Shown: piece after piece, positions 1 to 10,000 of the stretch
Layout: each line of letters starts with the position of its first letter
Numbering within the stretch: position 1 is the first letter of the stretch
DNA from: Dehalococcoidia bacterium
GTDB lineage: Bacteria > Chloroflexota > Dehalococcoidia > Lucifugimonadales > UBA3495
Length of the DNA: 46,571 nt
Assembly: GCA_030740155.1 (NCBI GenBank)
Contig: JASLXV010000013.1
Span: 1 to 46,571 of the forward strand
Direction of reading: 5' to 3'
Made by a program: the position numbers and the translations under genes
The notes under the pieces: model-generated
What the model was told of the DNA's origin: nothing
The model's database searches: none
Seen by the model: the letters and a program-made list of their open reading frames with translations, nothing else

Positions 1-31
1 CATTGGCCTTAATGTTTTCTGACTGGGACAC
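1..31 (-). CDS. Probable 5' end of a gene running off the left edge (GTG-SQSENIKAN...)
   Basis: Strong RBS (AAAGGAG, 37-43 on minus) just upstream of GTG at 31 or ATG at 33. Only about 10 codons are visible, so the product is unknown. Confidence 0.3.
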   Translation of the reverse strand, partial: MSQSENIKAN

Positions 32-340
32 ATTTGCTCCTTTCTGGAAGTAATGTACCTTCATTCCAGGAGCTCACGCCACTTCCACTTTCTCGGGTTT
101 TCTTACACCCCAATGTGTCCCATTATCGCTGACGGTCTACAACGCCGCATTACGCCGTCCAGCATCTGATGCGGTCGGGCCAGTGCCTCTTGTGTCCAGG
201 CCAGCTTATCAGAGGACATCGGCGTTACCGTCATCACGTTTCGGTCCCTGTTTTCCAGCGATGACGGGGAGGCTCCGCCGCCCAAATCTGGCTGGTTCTG
301 CGCTACCCAACGGGTCCGCGAGCGGGAATAAAAGAGTCCC

Positions 341-1612
341 TCAGAGGCCGGCGGCGCCGTTCCTCTCCGCTAGATTGAACAAACGCCTGACCACCGCCAC
401 GTACTCCTCATCCCCCGGCGTATCCTTCATCGAGCGAAAGGGGTGGTGCAACAGCTTCTTGACAATGGCCCGGCTCATCATCTCCACTGTTTGCCGATCC
501 TCAGCGCCCAGATGGGACAGGTCGCGAAGGGCGCGGGCCAATTCCTTCTCCCGCACTTCTTCCGCGGATCGCTGAATCTCTTTGATGGTGGGGAGAATGG
601 GGAGAGACCTCCACCACGACACGAGTTGGCCCACCGCTTCTTCGACAATCTCCTCGACCCTCACGACCTCGAAGCGTCGCTGGTGAAGGTTGCTTTGGGC
701 CAAGTACTTGAGCCGGTCGATGTTATATAGATGCACTCCGGGAATTCCGGCCACGGCAGGCTCGATGTCTCTGGGCACCGCGATATCCACCAACAGCAGG
801 GGCGCATTCGCCCGGCGCTCCATGGCCCTTGCGATGTGCTCGAAGCTGATAACCGGCTCTGTCGCGCCCGTGCCGCTCACGACGACGTCGACCTGGGTAA
901 GTACATTCCCCAAAGAGGAGAACGGGATTACCGTACCCCCGATGTCGGCCGCCAGCTCTCGCGAGCGCTGGTCCGTCCGATTGCTCACGAAGGCCTCGGC
1001 CGCACCCGACCCGAGGAGGGCCCGGGCGCTCAACATTCCCGCTTTGCCCGCTCCGACTATCAGTACCCGGCGGCCTTTCAGAGACCCCAGGACCTGTTTC
1101 GCCAAGCCGACGGCGACGCCCGGTATCGAGGCGCCGTGTCGTGCGATCGCGGTCTTGGCCCGGACCCGGCGTCCGACCCTGATGGCGTCGGTAAACAGCT
1201 GGTCCAGCTCCTTTCCTTTGCTCCCGGCCGCCTCCGCCATCCTCGAAGCGTCGGCGACCTGGCCCAGAATCTGAGACTCGCCAACCACCATGGAGTCGAG
1301 TCCCGCCGCCACTCGGAAGAGATGCCGCACCGCCTCCGGTCCGGCGTAAGCGTAGACGTACGGTGAAAGATCAGCGGGAGAGATGCCGCCCCAGGAGCCG
1401 AAGAATCTCCGGAGGCCGTGGAGGGTAACCTTTCCGGAGGAAACCGCGTAGAGTTCCATCCGGTTGCAGGTGGACAGGAGGGCGGCCTGGCAGCTATCTC
1501 GCAGGGAGCCCAGGACGCCATTGACCCGGTCCTCGCAGAGGGCCAGGCGTTCCCGCAGCTCAATGGGCGCCGAGAAGTGGTTCACCCCCACCACCAAGGG
1601 GGCGCCTACCAT
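341..1612 (-). CDS. hemA: Glutamyl-tRNA reductase
   Basis: GVNH..AP..LRE start, catalytic STCNR, GESQILGQV, NADPH-binding GAGKAG, DIAVPRDI. Start placed at ATG 1612 rather than the ORF-track start 1687. Confidence 0.95.
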   Translation of the reverse strand: MVGAPLVVGVNHFSAPIELRERLALCEDRVNGVLGSLRDSCQAALLSTCNRMELYAVSSGKVTLHGLRRFFGSWGGISPADLSPYVYAYAGPEAVRHLFRVAAGLDSMVVGESQILGQVADASRMAEAAGSKGKELDQLFTDAIRVGRRVRAKTAIARHGASIPGVAVGLAKQVLGSLKGRRVLIVGAGKAGMLSARALLGSGAAEAFVSNRTDQRSRELAADIGGTVIPFSSLGNVLTQVDVVVSGTGATEPVISFEHIARAMERRANAPLLLVDIAVPRDIEPAVAGIPGVHLYNIDRLKYLAQSNLHQRRFEVVRVEEIVEEAVGQLVSWWRSLPILPTIKEIQRSAEEVREKELARALRDLSHLGAEDRQTVEMMSRAIVKKLLHHPFRSMKDTPGDEEYVAVVRRLFNLAERNGAAGL

Positions 1613-1670
1613 GGCGCAACGCTCTTCCGTCCCGTCAGCGGGAGGGTTCAGGCCGGCCTGGGCGGTCGAA

Positions 1671-3293
1671 TCAATTCCAGTGATCAATTGCTTCCGGCAG
1701 ATGGCGCAGGGCGAACTCCAGCGTTATGACGGGCACAGCCTCCAGGCGCGCTGCCTTCTCGATCCGAAGCCGGGCGCGGCTTCGCCGCCGGTCGTCCGGA
1801 ATACGCCGGAGCTGCTCCAGGGCGGCTCGCGCCCACCGCAGAGACCCTCCGTCAAAGGTCGCTTGGGCCTGGCTGCCACCCTGTTGCCGGGCTGCGGCCT
1901 CCAGGGTGTCTGGCTCCACCACGAGGAAAGTCTCGCCCTCCTCCTGGCATACTGGGCAGATTACGGGCCGGTTCTTCCGGGCTGCGTGGCCGCACTGGCG
2001 GCACAGGTAGACCGTTCCGGCCTCTTTGCGAAGCGCTTCTACCGCCACGGAGAGGGCAGCCTCTTCCACGTTTGATTTCTCACGGCCTGATTTCTCACGC
2101 CGACCCGGCCGCATGGCCGCCACGGCCTCCCCGACAAGGGATGCGGACACAACGCTATGCCCCTGCTCCCGGGCCAGCCGCTGCACCAGCATTCGCAACG
2201 CGCCCCGGTACTTCTCGGGAACGTGGCCCATGGCAGTCTCTGCCTCGCCGGTCCACCGCAGCGTGGACGAACTCCACATCTCCAGAGGCGGGCTGTACCG
2301 CTGGCTCGCCACCAGGAGGTTGCAGGGGGCGAAGCGCAGGAGATGCTCGGTCACGCTCCCGATGTCCACTTCCGGGCTGCTGTGGGAGCCGATGCGTCCC
2401 ATCAGCAAGAGCCAGGGTTTGACCTTCTCGGCATAGGCCAGCACTTCATCGGCGGCCCGGCCCGTTAGCAGTGTGGTTTTCATACTCACACCTTGGGCCT
2501 CGGCCACGCTCTGGGCGACTTCCAGGTAGGTCTGGTAAAGCCGCGCCAGCCCGGTGTCGATGATCTCTTCATGGAGCTGCTCCTGCTCCTTGAAGCGAAA
2601 CAGACGCGCCGCCTCTTCGGAGAGCACCTCCACCATGCTGTGAAAGACCGCGTAGTGAAAATAGGGGTCGAAGGCCGCCACCGTCTCCACCGGACGCCCG
2701 TAGGCTTTCCCCAACGCCAAGGCCGCTTGCAGGGCGCCGAAGGCCTCCTGGCTTCCGTCCATGGCCACGACAATGGGCCTGCCGACTCCGTCGGCGAAAA
2801 CCTCCGGCTCTTTGATCACCAGGGTGTCGGTGCGGGTCCCCCGGAGCACCCGCTGGGCCACGCTTCCGACGGTGTCCGGCCGGCTGGTCCCATGCCCCCG
2901 GGCCCCCAATACCACCAGGTCGTAGTTCGAGCTGGTGATGTCTTCTACCAGGCACTCCCAGTTCTTCCCCTCGAAAGTCTTCCGGCTGAAGGGGACTTCC
3001 GCCTCCCGGCAGCGTTCCTCCAGGGCATCCAGGTAACTCTCGGAGATGAGCTGAAGGCCCAGGGCGATCAGTGAATCGTGGATGGCCCGTTGGCGCTCCA
3101 GCTCTTCGTCCACCAGGTACTCTTCAGGGAGGGTCGTCTCCATCTGACGGAACCGCCGCTCGTGCATCCGAGCGGCGTACACGTGGCTCCCCACCAACTC
3201 TCCCCCGAAGGCTTGGGCAAGCGACACGGCGGCCGTGGAGCAGCCCTCGCTGAAGGGCGAGTTGTCCAGAGGAACCAGAATCCGCTGATACAC
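1671..3293 (-). CDS. Multidomain universal stress protein (2x Usp + PCP_red-like helical domain + rubredoxin-like CxxC..CxxC + PCP_red-like domain)
   Basis: YQRILVPLDNS and IVVAMDGSQEA Usp starts, GSV..VL / GSVTEHLLRFAPC Usp ends, W(T/A)xxA..L..(V/I)P helical repeats, CRQC..CPVC. Start placed at GTG 3293 after GGAAAGGT. Confidence 0.85.
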   Translation of the reverse strand: MYQRILVPLDNSPFSEGCSTAAVSLAQAFGGELVGSHVYAARMHERRFRQMETTLPEEYLVDEELERQRAIHDSLIALGLQLISESYLDALEERCREAEVPFSRKTFEGKNWECLVEDITSSNYDLVVLGARGHGTSRPDTVGSVAQRVLRGTRTDTLVIKEPEVFADGVGRPIVVAMDGSQEAFGALQAALALGKAYGRPVETVAAFDPYFHYAVFHSMVEVLSEEAARLFRFKEQEQLHEEIIDTGLARLYQTYLEVAQSVAEAQGVSMKTTLLTGRAADEVLAYAEKVKPWLLLMGRIGSHSSPEVDIGSVTEHLLRFAPCNLLVASQRYSPPLEMWSSSTLRWTGEAETAMGHVPEKYRGALRMLVQRLAREQGHSVVSASLVGEAVAAMRPGRREKSGREKSNVEEAALSVAVEALRKEAGTVYLCRQCGHAARKNRPVICPVCQEEGETFLVVEPDTLEAAARQQGGSQAQATFDGGSLRWARAALEQLRRIPDDRRRSRARLRIEKAARLEAVPVITLEFALRHLPEAIDHWN

Positions 3294-3300
3294 CTTGACG

Positions 3301-3726
3301 CTACCTTTCCGTCGCCGGCTGGCCGAGCAGCGACGATAACATCGGCACAAGTTCCGTGCCCACCCGGTCCTTGGTGATGAAGCCGGCGGCTCCCAGATCG
3401 GCGGCCACCTGCCGTTGCCCTGGCTCCTCCACCGCCGTCATCATCAGGATCGCGGCTGATGGGCATTCTTCCTTGATTATCCTGGCAGCTTCAAAGCCGT
3501 CGATGCCCGGCATCCTGATGTCCATCAAAACGACGTGGGGTTGGTAGTCACGCGCAAGTTGGGTAGCGTCTTCCCCGCTGGCCGCCTCATATATCGACTG
3601 TATATCAAGCTTGTCATCGTAAGAGAGGATCATCGTGGCAAGCATCTCACGGGCTTTCGGGTGGTCGTCCACTACCAGCACCCGGTAAGATGATCCTCGG
3701 CACCGCCTGTAGCAAGCCATAACCAT
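3301..3726 (-). CDS. Stand-alone response regulator receiver domain (NarL/CheY-like)
   Basis: VLVVDDH, LMDIRMPGIDG phospho-Asp motif, conserved Thr and GFITK. No output domain. Confidence 0.85.
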   Translation of the reverse strand: MVMACYRRCRGSSYRVLVVDDHPKAREMLATMILSYDDKLDIQSIYEAASGEDATQLARDYQPHVVLMDIRMPGIDGFEAARIIKEECPSAAILMMTAVEEPGQRQVAADLGAAGFITKDRVGTELVPMLSSLLGQPATER

Positions 3727-3739
3727 TTTACCCCGTCGT

Positions 3740-4771
3740 CTAGCGGTTCGTTTCGCCGTCTTGCTTCTCCTTTCTCCGTAGCAGCCTCAGCCCCAGGACC
3801 TGGACGATAGCCACTCCAGCGACCACCAGAAGGGGGCTAATGTAGGCGAAAGGCCCCACAGCCTTCTCCAGGCTCAAGAAATACCAGGTGGAAATGGCTT
3901 TCTCGCCCCCCCGCTCCTTGCTGCTTCCATCCCAAGCCGCGAAGGCCAGCGGCATGGTATCGCCGCGCTCAAAGGAGAATCGCTCCTGGGCCCGGGGAAT
4001 GGAGATCACGGTCTTCCAGCCGCCTTCTTTCCTCACTCCCTTGCCGGAGCCGTCCTGCTTCCCCACGTTCACAGAGCTGATGGTGCCGAACCCTTCGGCC
4101 GTGAGCTTCTCCACGGGCGTTTTGGCCTGCAAATCGGGGTTGGCGAGGGAACTGCCCGCCCACCAGGAGGTATGAAATACCTTATTGGCCTCTTCTTTCC
4201 CGTAGTCGGACGCCTCGGCAATCTCACCCGGGCCCCGCCCCGTGAATGGGTACCAGTCCACGGCCATGTTGGGGAACTCGTCGTTTGTGTCGTAGTCACT
4301 GGCGAACTGCCAGTCCGCTTTCCAGTGGTAGATGGTGACCGGGTTGTTCAACTCCCCCATTCCGAAATACGGAATGCCCTTGGTCGACTCGGAGGGAAAC
4401 TGGACGGCAACGGCATCCCGGAAAGAGCCCACACCGCCAATGCTCACGTCTTCACCGGCGTCGTCCCATTCCAGCAAGAATGCAAGCCTGTTATCGTCGT
4501 AGAGCGCACGGGCCGTCACGATTCCCACCCCGGTTTCGTAGGTGCGCGGTTTTACTACCGCCTGGGGCGCCATTGGCACTTCCAGGGAATCCGCCTTTTG
4601 CCACAGGCTGGCCTCGGGATCGTCGGGGACACGGTCTACCTGCTTGGCGATGAGGCTTGCCTTCTGAGCCGACACGCTCCTGGTGAAAGGCCAGACTAGC
4701 CAGCCAACGGCGGCGGCGGAAGACGCGAGCAACATGGATCTTCGACTGATCAGAGATTTTCCGGCGTTCAT
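3740..4771 (-). CDS. nxrC: DMSO-reductase type II gamma subunit (EbdC/NxrC-like heme b protein) with Tat signal and C-terminal membrane anchor
   Basis: SRRSML twin-Arg signal, LEWDD, DAVAVQFP, PYFGMGE (Met ligand), YHWKADWQ, FAAWDGS..ERGGEKAISTW (Lys ligand). C-terminal hydrophobic helix followed by RRK. Located in the nxrAB operon. Confidence 0.8.
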   Translation of the reverse strand: MNAGKSLISRRSMLLASSAAAVGWLVWPFTRSVSAQKASLIAKQVDRVPDDPEASLWQKADSLEVPMAPQAVVKPRTYETGVGIVTARALYDDNRLAFLLEWDDAGEDVSIGGVGSFRDAVAVQFPSESTKGIPYFGMGELNNPVTIYHWKADWQFASDYDTNDEFPNMAVDWYPFTGRGPGEIAEASDYGKEEANKVFHTSWWAGSSLANPDLQAKTPVEKLTAEGFGTISSVNVGKQDGSGKGVRKEGGWKTVISIPRAQERFSFERGDTMPLAFAAWDGSSKERGGEKAISTWYFLSLEKAVGPFAYISPLLVVAGVAIVQVLGLRLLRRKEKQDGETNR

Positions 4772-4777
4772 GGACCT

Positions 4778-5524
4778 CTACCCCCTTTCCGCGGCGGGGA
4801 CAACGAGTGGGCAGGCCTCGCAATCCGGCATTCCTTCTTCGGATGGCTCCACGATGACCGGGTCGCCCACTTCGCCGGGCTCAAGCCCAAACGTTCGCAT
4901 CTCGAAGGTCAGAAACGCCATCAGCAGCTGGCCAATCAGCCCGTACAAGGTACTCCCAGTCCCCGTCTCTAGCTTCTGGACGAACCCAAACGCCCACTGG
5001 CCCAGGTGCTCCCCCAGGAACTTGGCCTGGGCTTCTCTACACACGGCCAACTGCTCTTCCGGGTGCCCTTTGGCGAGAGCGTAGGCTTCCTTGAGGCACA
5101 GAACGTGCATGAACTCCAACTCGACGCCGATATGGTCCAGGCGGTCATTGAAATCCGGGGCCAACTCCTGGCCAAAAGCCCGGTAGAACCCAGCAATGTC
5201 GGCCAGGTTCTGAGATTTCTGGAAAATGTGAGACTGCCCATACTCGGCCTCGTAAGGAGGAAACTCTTTGGAAATAGTATGCCCAAAGGTCCTGACGTAT
5301 TCGGACTCAAGTTCGCCGGGAGAGTAGGACATGATTGCGGGCCTCAAGGCCCGCAACGCCCCGAGGTTGGGCCGGTCCGCCAAGACCAAAAAGCGGTTCT
5401 CCAAATCCGGCAGGCGGCTCTGCAAGAACTCTACCAGGTCCGGGTCTGGGTAAGAGAATGCGGCAGAAATGAACTCGTAGGCCCTGCTCCGGGCCATCGG
5501 TTTACAGCCACAGGTTTCACACAT
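4778..5524 (-). CDS. TorD/DmsD-family molybdoenzyme maturation chaperone
   Basis: PPYEAEY, DIAGFYRAFG, DHIGVELEFM, FLGEHLGQW motifs. Start placed at ATG 5524 (GGGGG RBS), giving an MCETCGC N-terminus. Confidence 0.9.
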   Translation of the reverse strand: MCETCGCKPMARSRAYEFISAAFSYPDPDLVEFLQSRLPDLENRFLVLADRPNLGALRALRPAIMSYSPGELESEYVRTFGHTISKEFPPYEAEYGQSHIFQKSQNLADIAGFYRAFGQELAPDFNDRLDHIGVELEFMHVLCLKEAYALAKGHPEEQLAVCREAQAKFLGEHLGQWAFGFVQKLETGTGSTLYGLIGQLLMAFLTFEMRTFGLEPGEVGDPVIVEPSEEGMPDCEACPLVVPAAERG

Positions 5525-5537
5525 GGCCAACAACCCC

Positions 5538-6812
5538 CTAGATCGCGTTGTAGTGTTTGCCGGGGCGGATATATGTTGGCTCCTCTACCGACACCCGGGC
5601 TATCTCTTTGCCGCTCTTGCTGTACCCCACCACCGTGTCGTTGAACATCTCCCACTTCTTGCCGTTGATGGTGGTTTCAAAGACCTTCTCACCCTCGATG
5701 ATCTCATACCTGAAGGCAATCGTCTGAGAAGCCCGAAATAGTTGCAGCACGGCCAGCAACTCCCTGGAGGGAGCGGAGTATTTCTCGAGGGCCTCGTCCA
5801 CGCCGGGGCCGAACATCTGCCGGAGGTAGGCTCTGGGCGCCCACCGGGGCGGTATGTAGTACCCGTTGGGCTCGGTGCCGAACTGAGGGTAGAGGGGCAG
5901 GGCGATCTTCTCCGTTTTGATGAGGTAGTACAGAGGGTTGTCCCGGTCTTCGACCCAGCTCCCGTCCTCTTTGACCTCGACCAGCCCTTGGAGGCGTATC
6001 TTCCCCACGCAAGCCGCCATGCAGCGGGTCTCCATGGGCTCCCCCTCGGAGATGGGGTCCTTCCCTTCGATGCGGGGGTAGCAGGCGATGCACTTCTCCG
6101 TGACTCTCGTGGTGTCCCGGAACATGGGTTTCTTGTAGGGGCACTGCATGACGCACTTTCGGTAACCCCGGCACCTCTCCTGGTCGATGAGCACGATTCC
6201 GTCTTCTTGGCGTTTGTAGATGGCCTGCCGGGGGCAAGCGGCCAGGCACGCCGGGTAGGTGCAGTGGTTGCACAGGCGCTGGAGGTAGAAGAACCACGTC
6301 TCGTGCTCGGGAAGGGCCGCGGGCATCAGGTTTAGCAGGTCCCGCTGGTCCCGGGAGCCGGTGGCTGTATCCTCGTAGATGTTGGGAGACCGCCACTGCT
6401 CATCGGTGGGTTCGTAACCCAGGGCGACCTCCTCCCGCTGTTCCGAGTGTCTCGCTGCCTCGAAGATGGTCATACCTTCGTAGGCGCCATAAGGCCGCTG
6501 ATCGCCATCCCGCTGCGAAGGGTCCCAGATGGCCTCGCGGCCCGCATCCTGGTGAGCCTGGTCCAGCATACCCAGAAGCCTGGCATCCCAAAACTGGGGG
6601 TAGCCTCCGTAGGGCTTGGTCTCCACGTTGTTCCACCACATGTACTCTTGACCCTTGGAAAAGGTCCAGGTGGCCTTACAGGCCATCGTGCAGGTCTGTC
6701 AAGCGATGCAGCGGTTGGTGTTGAAAACGAAGGCGAACTGCCAACTGGGATGCTTCTCCTGATAGGGGTAGTGCATCTGCCGGCCAAGCTGCCAGTTGTA
6801 CACGTCAGGCAT
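5538..6812 (-). CDS. nxrB: Nitrite oxidoreductase/nitrate reductase beta (Fe-S) subunit, periplasmic NXR type, with in-frame TGA at 6699-6701 (candidate selenocysteine)
   Basis: The frame extends upstream of the ORF-track start to ATG 6812 (RBS AGAGGAG): [45 protein letters not shown], 424 codons in total. Contains QRLCNHCTYPACLAACP, CRGYRKCVMQCPYKK, KCIACYP, CMAACVG and ALPLYPQFGTEPNGYYIPP, typical of anammox/Nitrospira NxrB. Confidence 0.9.
6671..6698 (-). promoter_or_regulatory. Candidate bacterial SECIS element downstream of the nxrB UGA
   Basis: mRNA reads UGA-CAGACCUGCACGA-UGGCCU-GUA-AGGCCA: a perfect 6-bp stem whose apical loop starts with GU, 19 nt after the UGA. Confidence 0.55.
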
Positions 6813-7077
6813 TGGGCTCTCCTCTCTTGATCCAGCCGCGGCTCCATTTATCCCGGACCCGCTGAATTACCGATTGAACGTACTCCTCGCCCCTTTCGTG
6901 GTAGATGCGATGAGTTGCCTGGAAGAATGGGTTTGTGAAAATGGACATCAATTGTCCGTCGTTCCACCCCAAGAGCAGATACTCCTCCACCACGCACTCC
7001 GCCATGTAGTCCGCGTCCCCTTGGGGCAGGGCTATCCCCACCAACTCCATCGGGTCTTGGGGTTCGAAGGCTTTCAC
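6805..7077 (-). CDS. Small protein between nxrA and nxrB
   Basis: 90 aa, tightly packed against both neighbours. DPMELVG...MAECVVEEY...GW...F.NPFF pattern resembles small accessory proteins of type II DMSO-reductase operons. Confidence 0.75.
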   Translation of the reverse strand: MKAFEPQDPMELVGIALPQGDADYMAECVVEEYLLLGWNDGQLMSIFTNPFFQATHRIYHERGEEYVQSVIQRVRDKWSRGWIKRGEPNA

Positions 7078-7079
7078 GG

Positions 7080-10000
7080 TTAGCTCCTCACCCTGGTGAC
7101 GTCGCCCTTTATGTACCTGGCCATGAAGCTGCTCTCGTTGGCGGGTGAGTAGCCTGTGGTCGCCGGCGTCCAGACGCCTACGCCGTCCATCCCCCCTGCT
7201 TCGGCCTTCTCAATCTTTATCAGGGTCTCCTTGGGCACCGTGTTGATGCCGTGGTTGTCCGCTTCAAACCCGAAGATGAAGGACATGAGTGCCTTGGCCT
7301 TGTGAAAGAGGTTGTCCGTCTGGTGCATGGGCATGAGCCAGCTACGGGTGATGCTCTGCTGGGAGCCGTAGCGGAAACTGGACTGATACCCGGTGTCGGC
7401 CGACAAGGCGCGTCCATCCGCGCGGCTCTCGTGGGCCAGCACGCTCCTCTCGGTGGCGATGAACGAAGCGTGCTTCATCATTGTGAAGTTGTAGGGATAA
7501 GCAGGGTTATACTTGACCCGAATCTTCAGCCGGGAGACCTTGTAGAAGTAGTCGTCCTGCTGCCAACCAACATAGGGCCGGTCGGCGGGGTTGGCGTCCA
7601 CGTGCACGTAGTCGCCGTCCGCGATGTCCAGGTCCCGGGCTGCCTGGGGGTTCATGTGGATTTGCCACTCACCCACCCCCGGGCTCCGCTTGTCAACGCG
7701 GTAGGGGTCGCCGAAGTTGTTGCTCCAGATGAAGTTCCAGTCGGTGACTGTCCACTGGGAGTGAACGGTGTGGCGAGACTTGGGGGTGGTGCAGAGGAAA
7801 CGGTAGCCCAGGCCCCAGAGGGGGTTCTCTGTGTTCTTCACCTCAGCCCAGGTCAGCTTGTTGTTGGCCACCGTCCGGAGGTCCGCGTCCTGAACCTTCT
7901 CCAGCAGCATAGCCGGGGTGATGCCGTTGTTTTCCGGGCGAATGAAGGGGTTGGAGGACACGATGACGTTGGGCAGGTAAGGCGTGGCCTCCGGGGCCTC
8001 CCGGTGAACGACGAAGTTTTCGCCATACTCGATGGCCTCAGGGATGTCGCAGTAGGCGTTCAGCCTGCCGGTATCGGTCAGGAAGGGGACGCTTTCGTGC
8101 ACCTGCTCCCAGAAGGCGATCCTCGGGTAGCTCCTGAAGAGCATCAGCGCGCCGCCGCGCACCCCGTATTTCCCGTCCAGGACGTCCTTGGTGGTGTAGC
8201 CATGGCTGGTGGTTGAGGTGTCCAGCAGCCGGTCGATGTAAACGTCCTCGCGCCCCTGCCGGGCGAAGGTCCAGTAATCCTGGAACCGGGGGTCGCCGGT
8301 GAGTTCGGTCAGCTTCTCCGCCACGCCGGGATAGATTTGCAGGTCATCCTTGCTGTCGTATAGTGGCTTGATTCCGTCCTTCCCCCAAATCTGTAAGAAG
8401 GGGTTGGAGCACGAGTTGGTGATCTCCAGGCTCTGGAACTCCATCCAACAGTTGGCGGGCAAGATGAAGTCGGCGTACTCGCACGTGGCGGTCATCTCGA
8501 TGTCTTGAGTGACAATCATGTCAACCTTGGGGTTGACGTTCTTGATGAGTTCGTAGGCCCACTTGGCGTTGTTGATGAGGTTCACGTTAGTGGTCCAAAT
8601 GACCTTGGTTGGCGTGGGCAGGTGGGTCGTTCCGGTGAAAACCTTGCGGCCGAACTTCGGGGTGTCCACAATCAGCGCCTTGTCCCGGTGGGCCCAATAG
8701 CCGACTTCCTCGCCCCGGGCGTAGCCGTGGACATACTCCTTGGTCATCGGCTGGTTCGAGTCCAAGAGGGGATTGAAGGGGTCTTCCGCCACCCAGCCCT
8801 TGAAGCCGGGGCCCGACCACTCCGAACCCTGAAAGTTGGCGGCCTTGTAGTTCCCAGCCCAGGTGTGGGCGCCGCTGCCCGCTATCCCGATGCTACCTAC
8901 CAGCATCAAAGGCAGGTAGGTGGCCCGGTTGTGCAGGGTAGCGTGAAAGTAGTGGTTGATGCCTTCCCCGTAGTGGATGGAGATGGGATAGGCCTCCCTG
9001 GGCTTGCCCATGAAGTCGGGGTCCCAGAACCGCCGGGCGATGTCCTTGGTCAACCGCTCCAACATCTCTTTGGACACCCCGCAAATCTCGTGCACAGTGT
9101 CCATGTCATAGTCCCGGAGGTGAACCTTGTACATCTCCCAGAGGGTCATCACCTCCACCTCGGATCCGTCTACCAGCGTTGCCTTGCCAGTCCACTCCAG
9201 CGCCGGATCGATGCCCTTGTCCGTCAGCGTGTCGCCAACGTCGTCCCGGGTGATCGCCCTGAACCCGTTACTGTTAAAGTCCCATACCACCGGGTCGCCG
9301 ATGATCTCCCGCTGCTCCGATGTTATCCCCTGGATGGTGGAGCTGGGGCCCTTCGTGAGGTCTTGGTTGCTATACCCCGGGAAGATGTCCTTGCCCTTGA
9401 GCCGCTGGAGGGTATCGGTGCGCACCAGCAGCGGGAAATCGGTGTACTGCTTGACGAAGGGCTCGTCGTACCAACCTTTGTCCATGAGGGACTTGGTGAT
9501 GCCCAGAAAGATGCTGGTGTCGGACAGGCCGGGACGCACCGACATCCAGTAGTCGGCCTTGCTGGCGGCGGGGTTGTACTCGGGGGCGATGACCACGAGG
9601 CGCCCGCCCCGCTCCATGATCTCGGTGAGCCAGTGGGCCTCGGGCATCTTGTTCTCGATCAGGTTCTTGCCCACCTGGATGGTGAGCTTGGAGGAGCGAA
9701 CGTCGTTCATATCGATGTCCGAGGTCTGAAGGCCGTGGACGAAGGGATGGCCGGGCGCCTGGTCGCCGTGCCAGGTGTAGTTGGACCAGTTCCGGCTGCC
9801 CAGGGCCTCATCGGGGCCCACTCCACGGATGCGGCTATCCAGAAGGGCCATCATGTTGCTTATGCGGTAGAGCCCGTACTTTCCGATGACGCCCAGCAGG
9901 CCCATGCCGCCCCGGAACTTCATGGTCCGGGTGCCCGCTCCTCCCCAGTGCTCCAGCAACTCGGGTTCGTAGCCGTCTTGGTCGATCAGGCGCCGCCGCC

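Noticed and set aside
5538..6686. ORF-track 382-aa NxrB starting at MACK
   Set aside because: It would lack three Cys positions of the first Fe-S motif and has no clear RBS. The conserved N-terminus continues in frame to ATG 6812 through the TGA.
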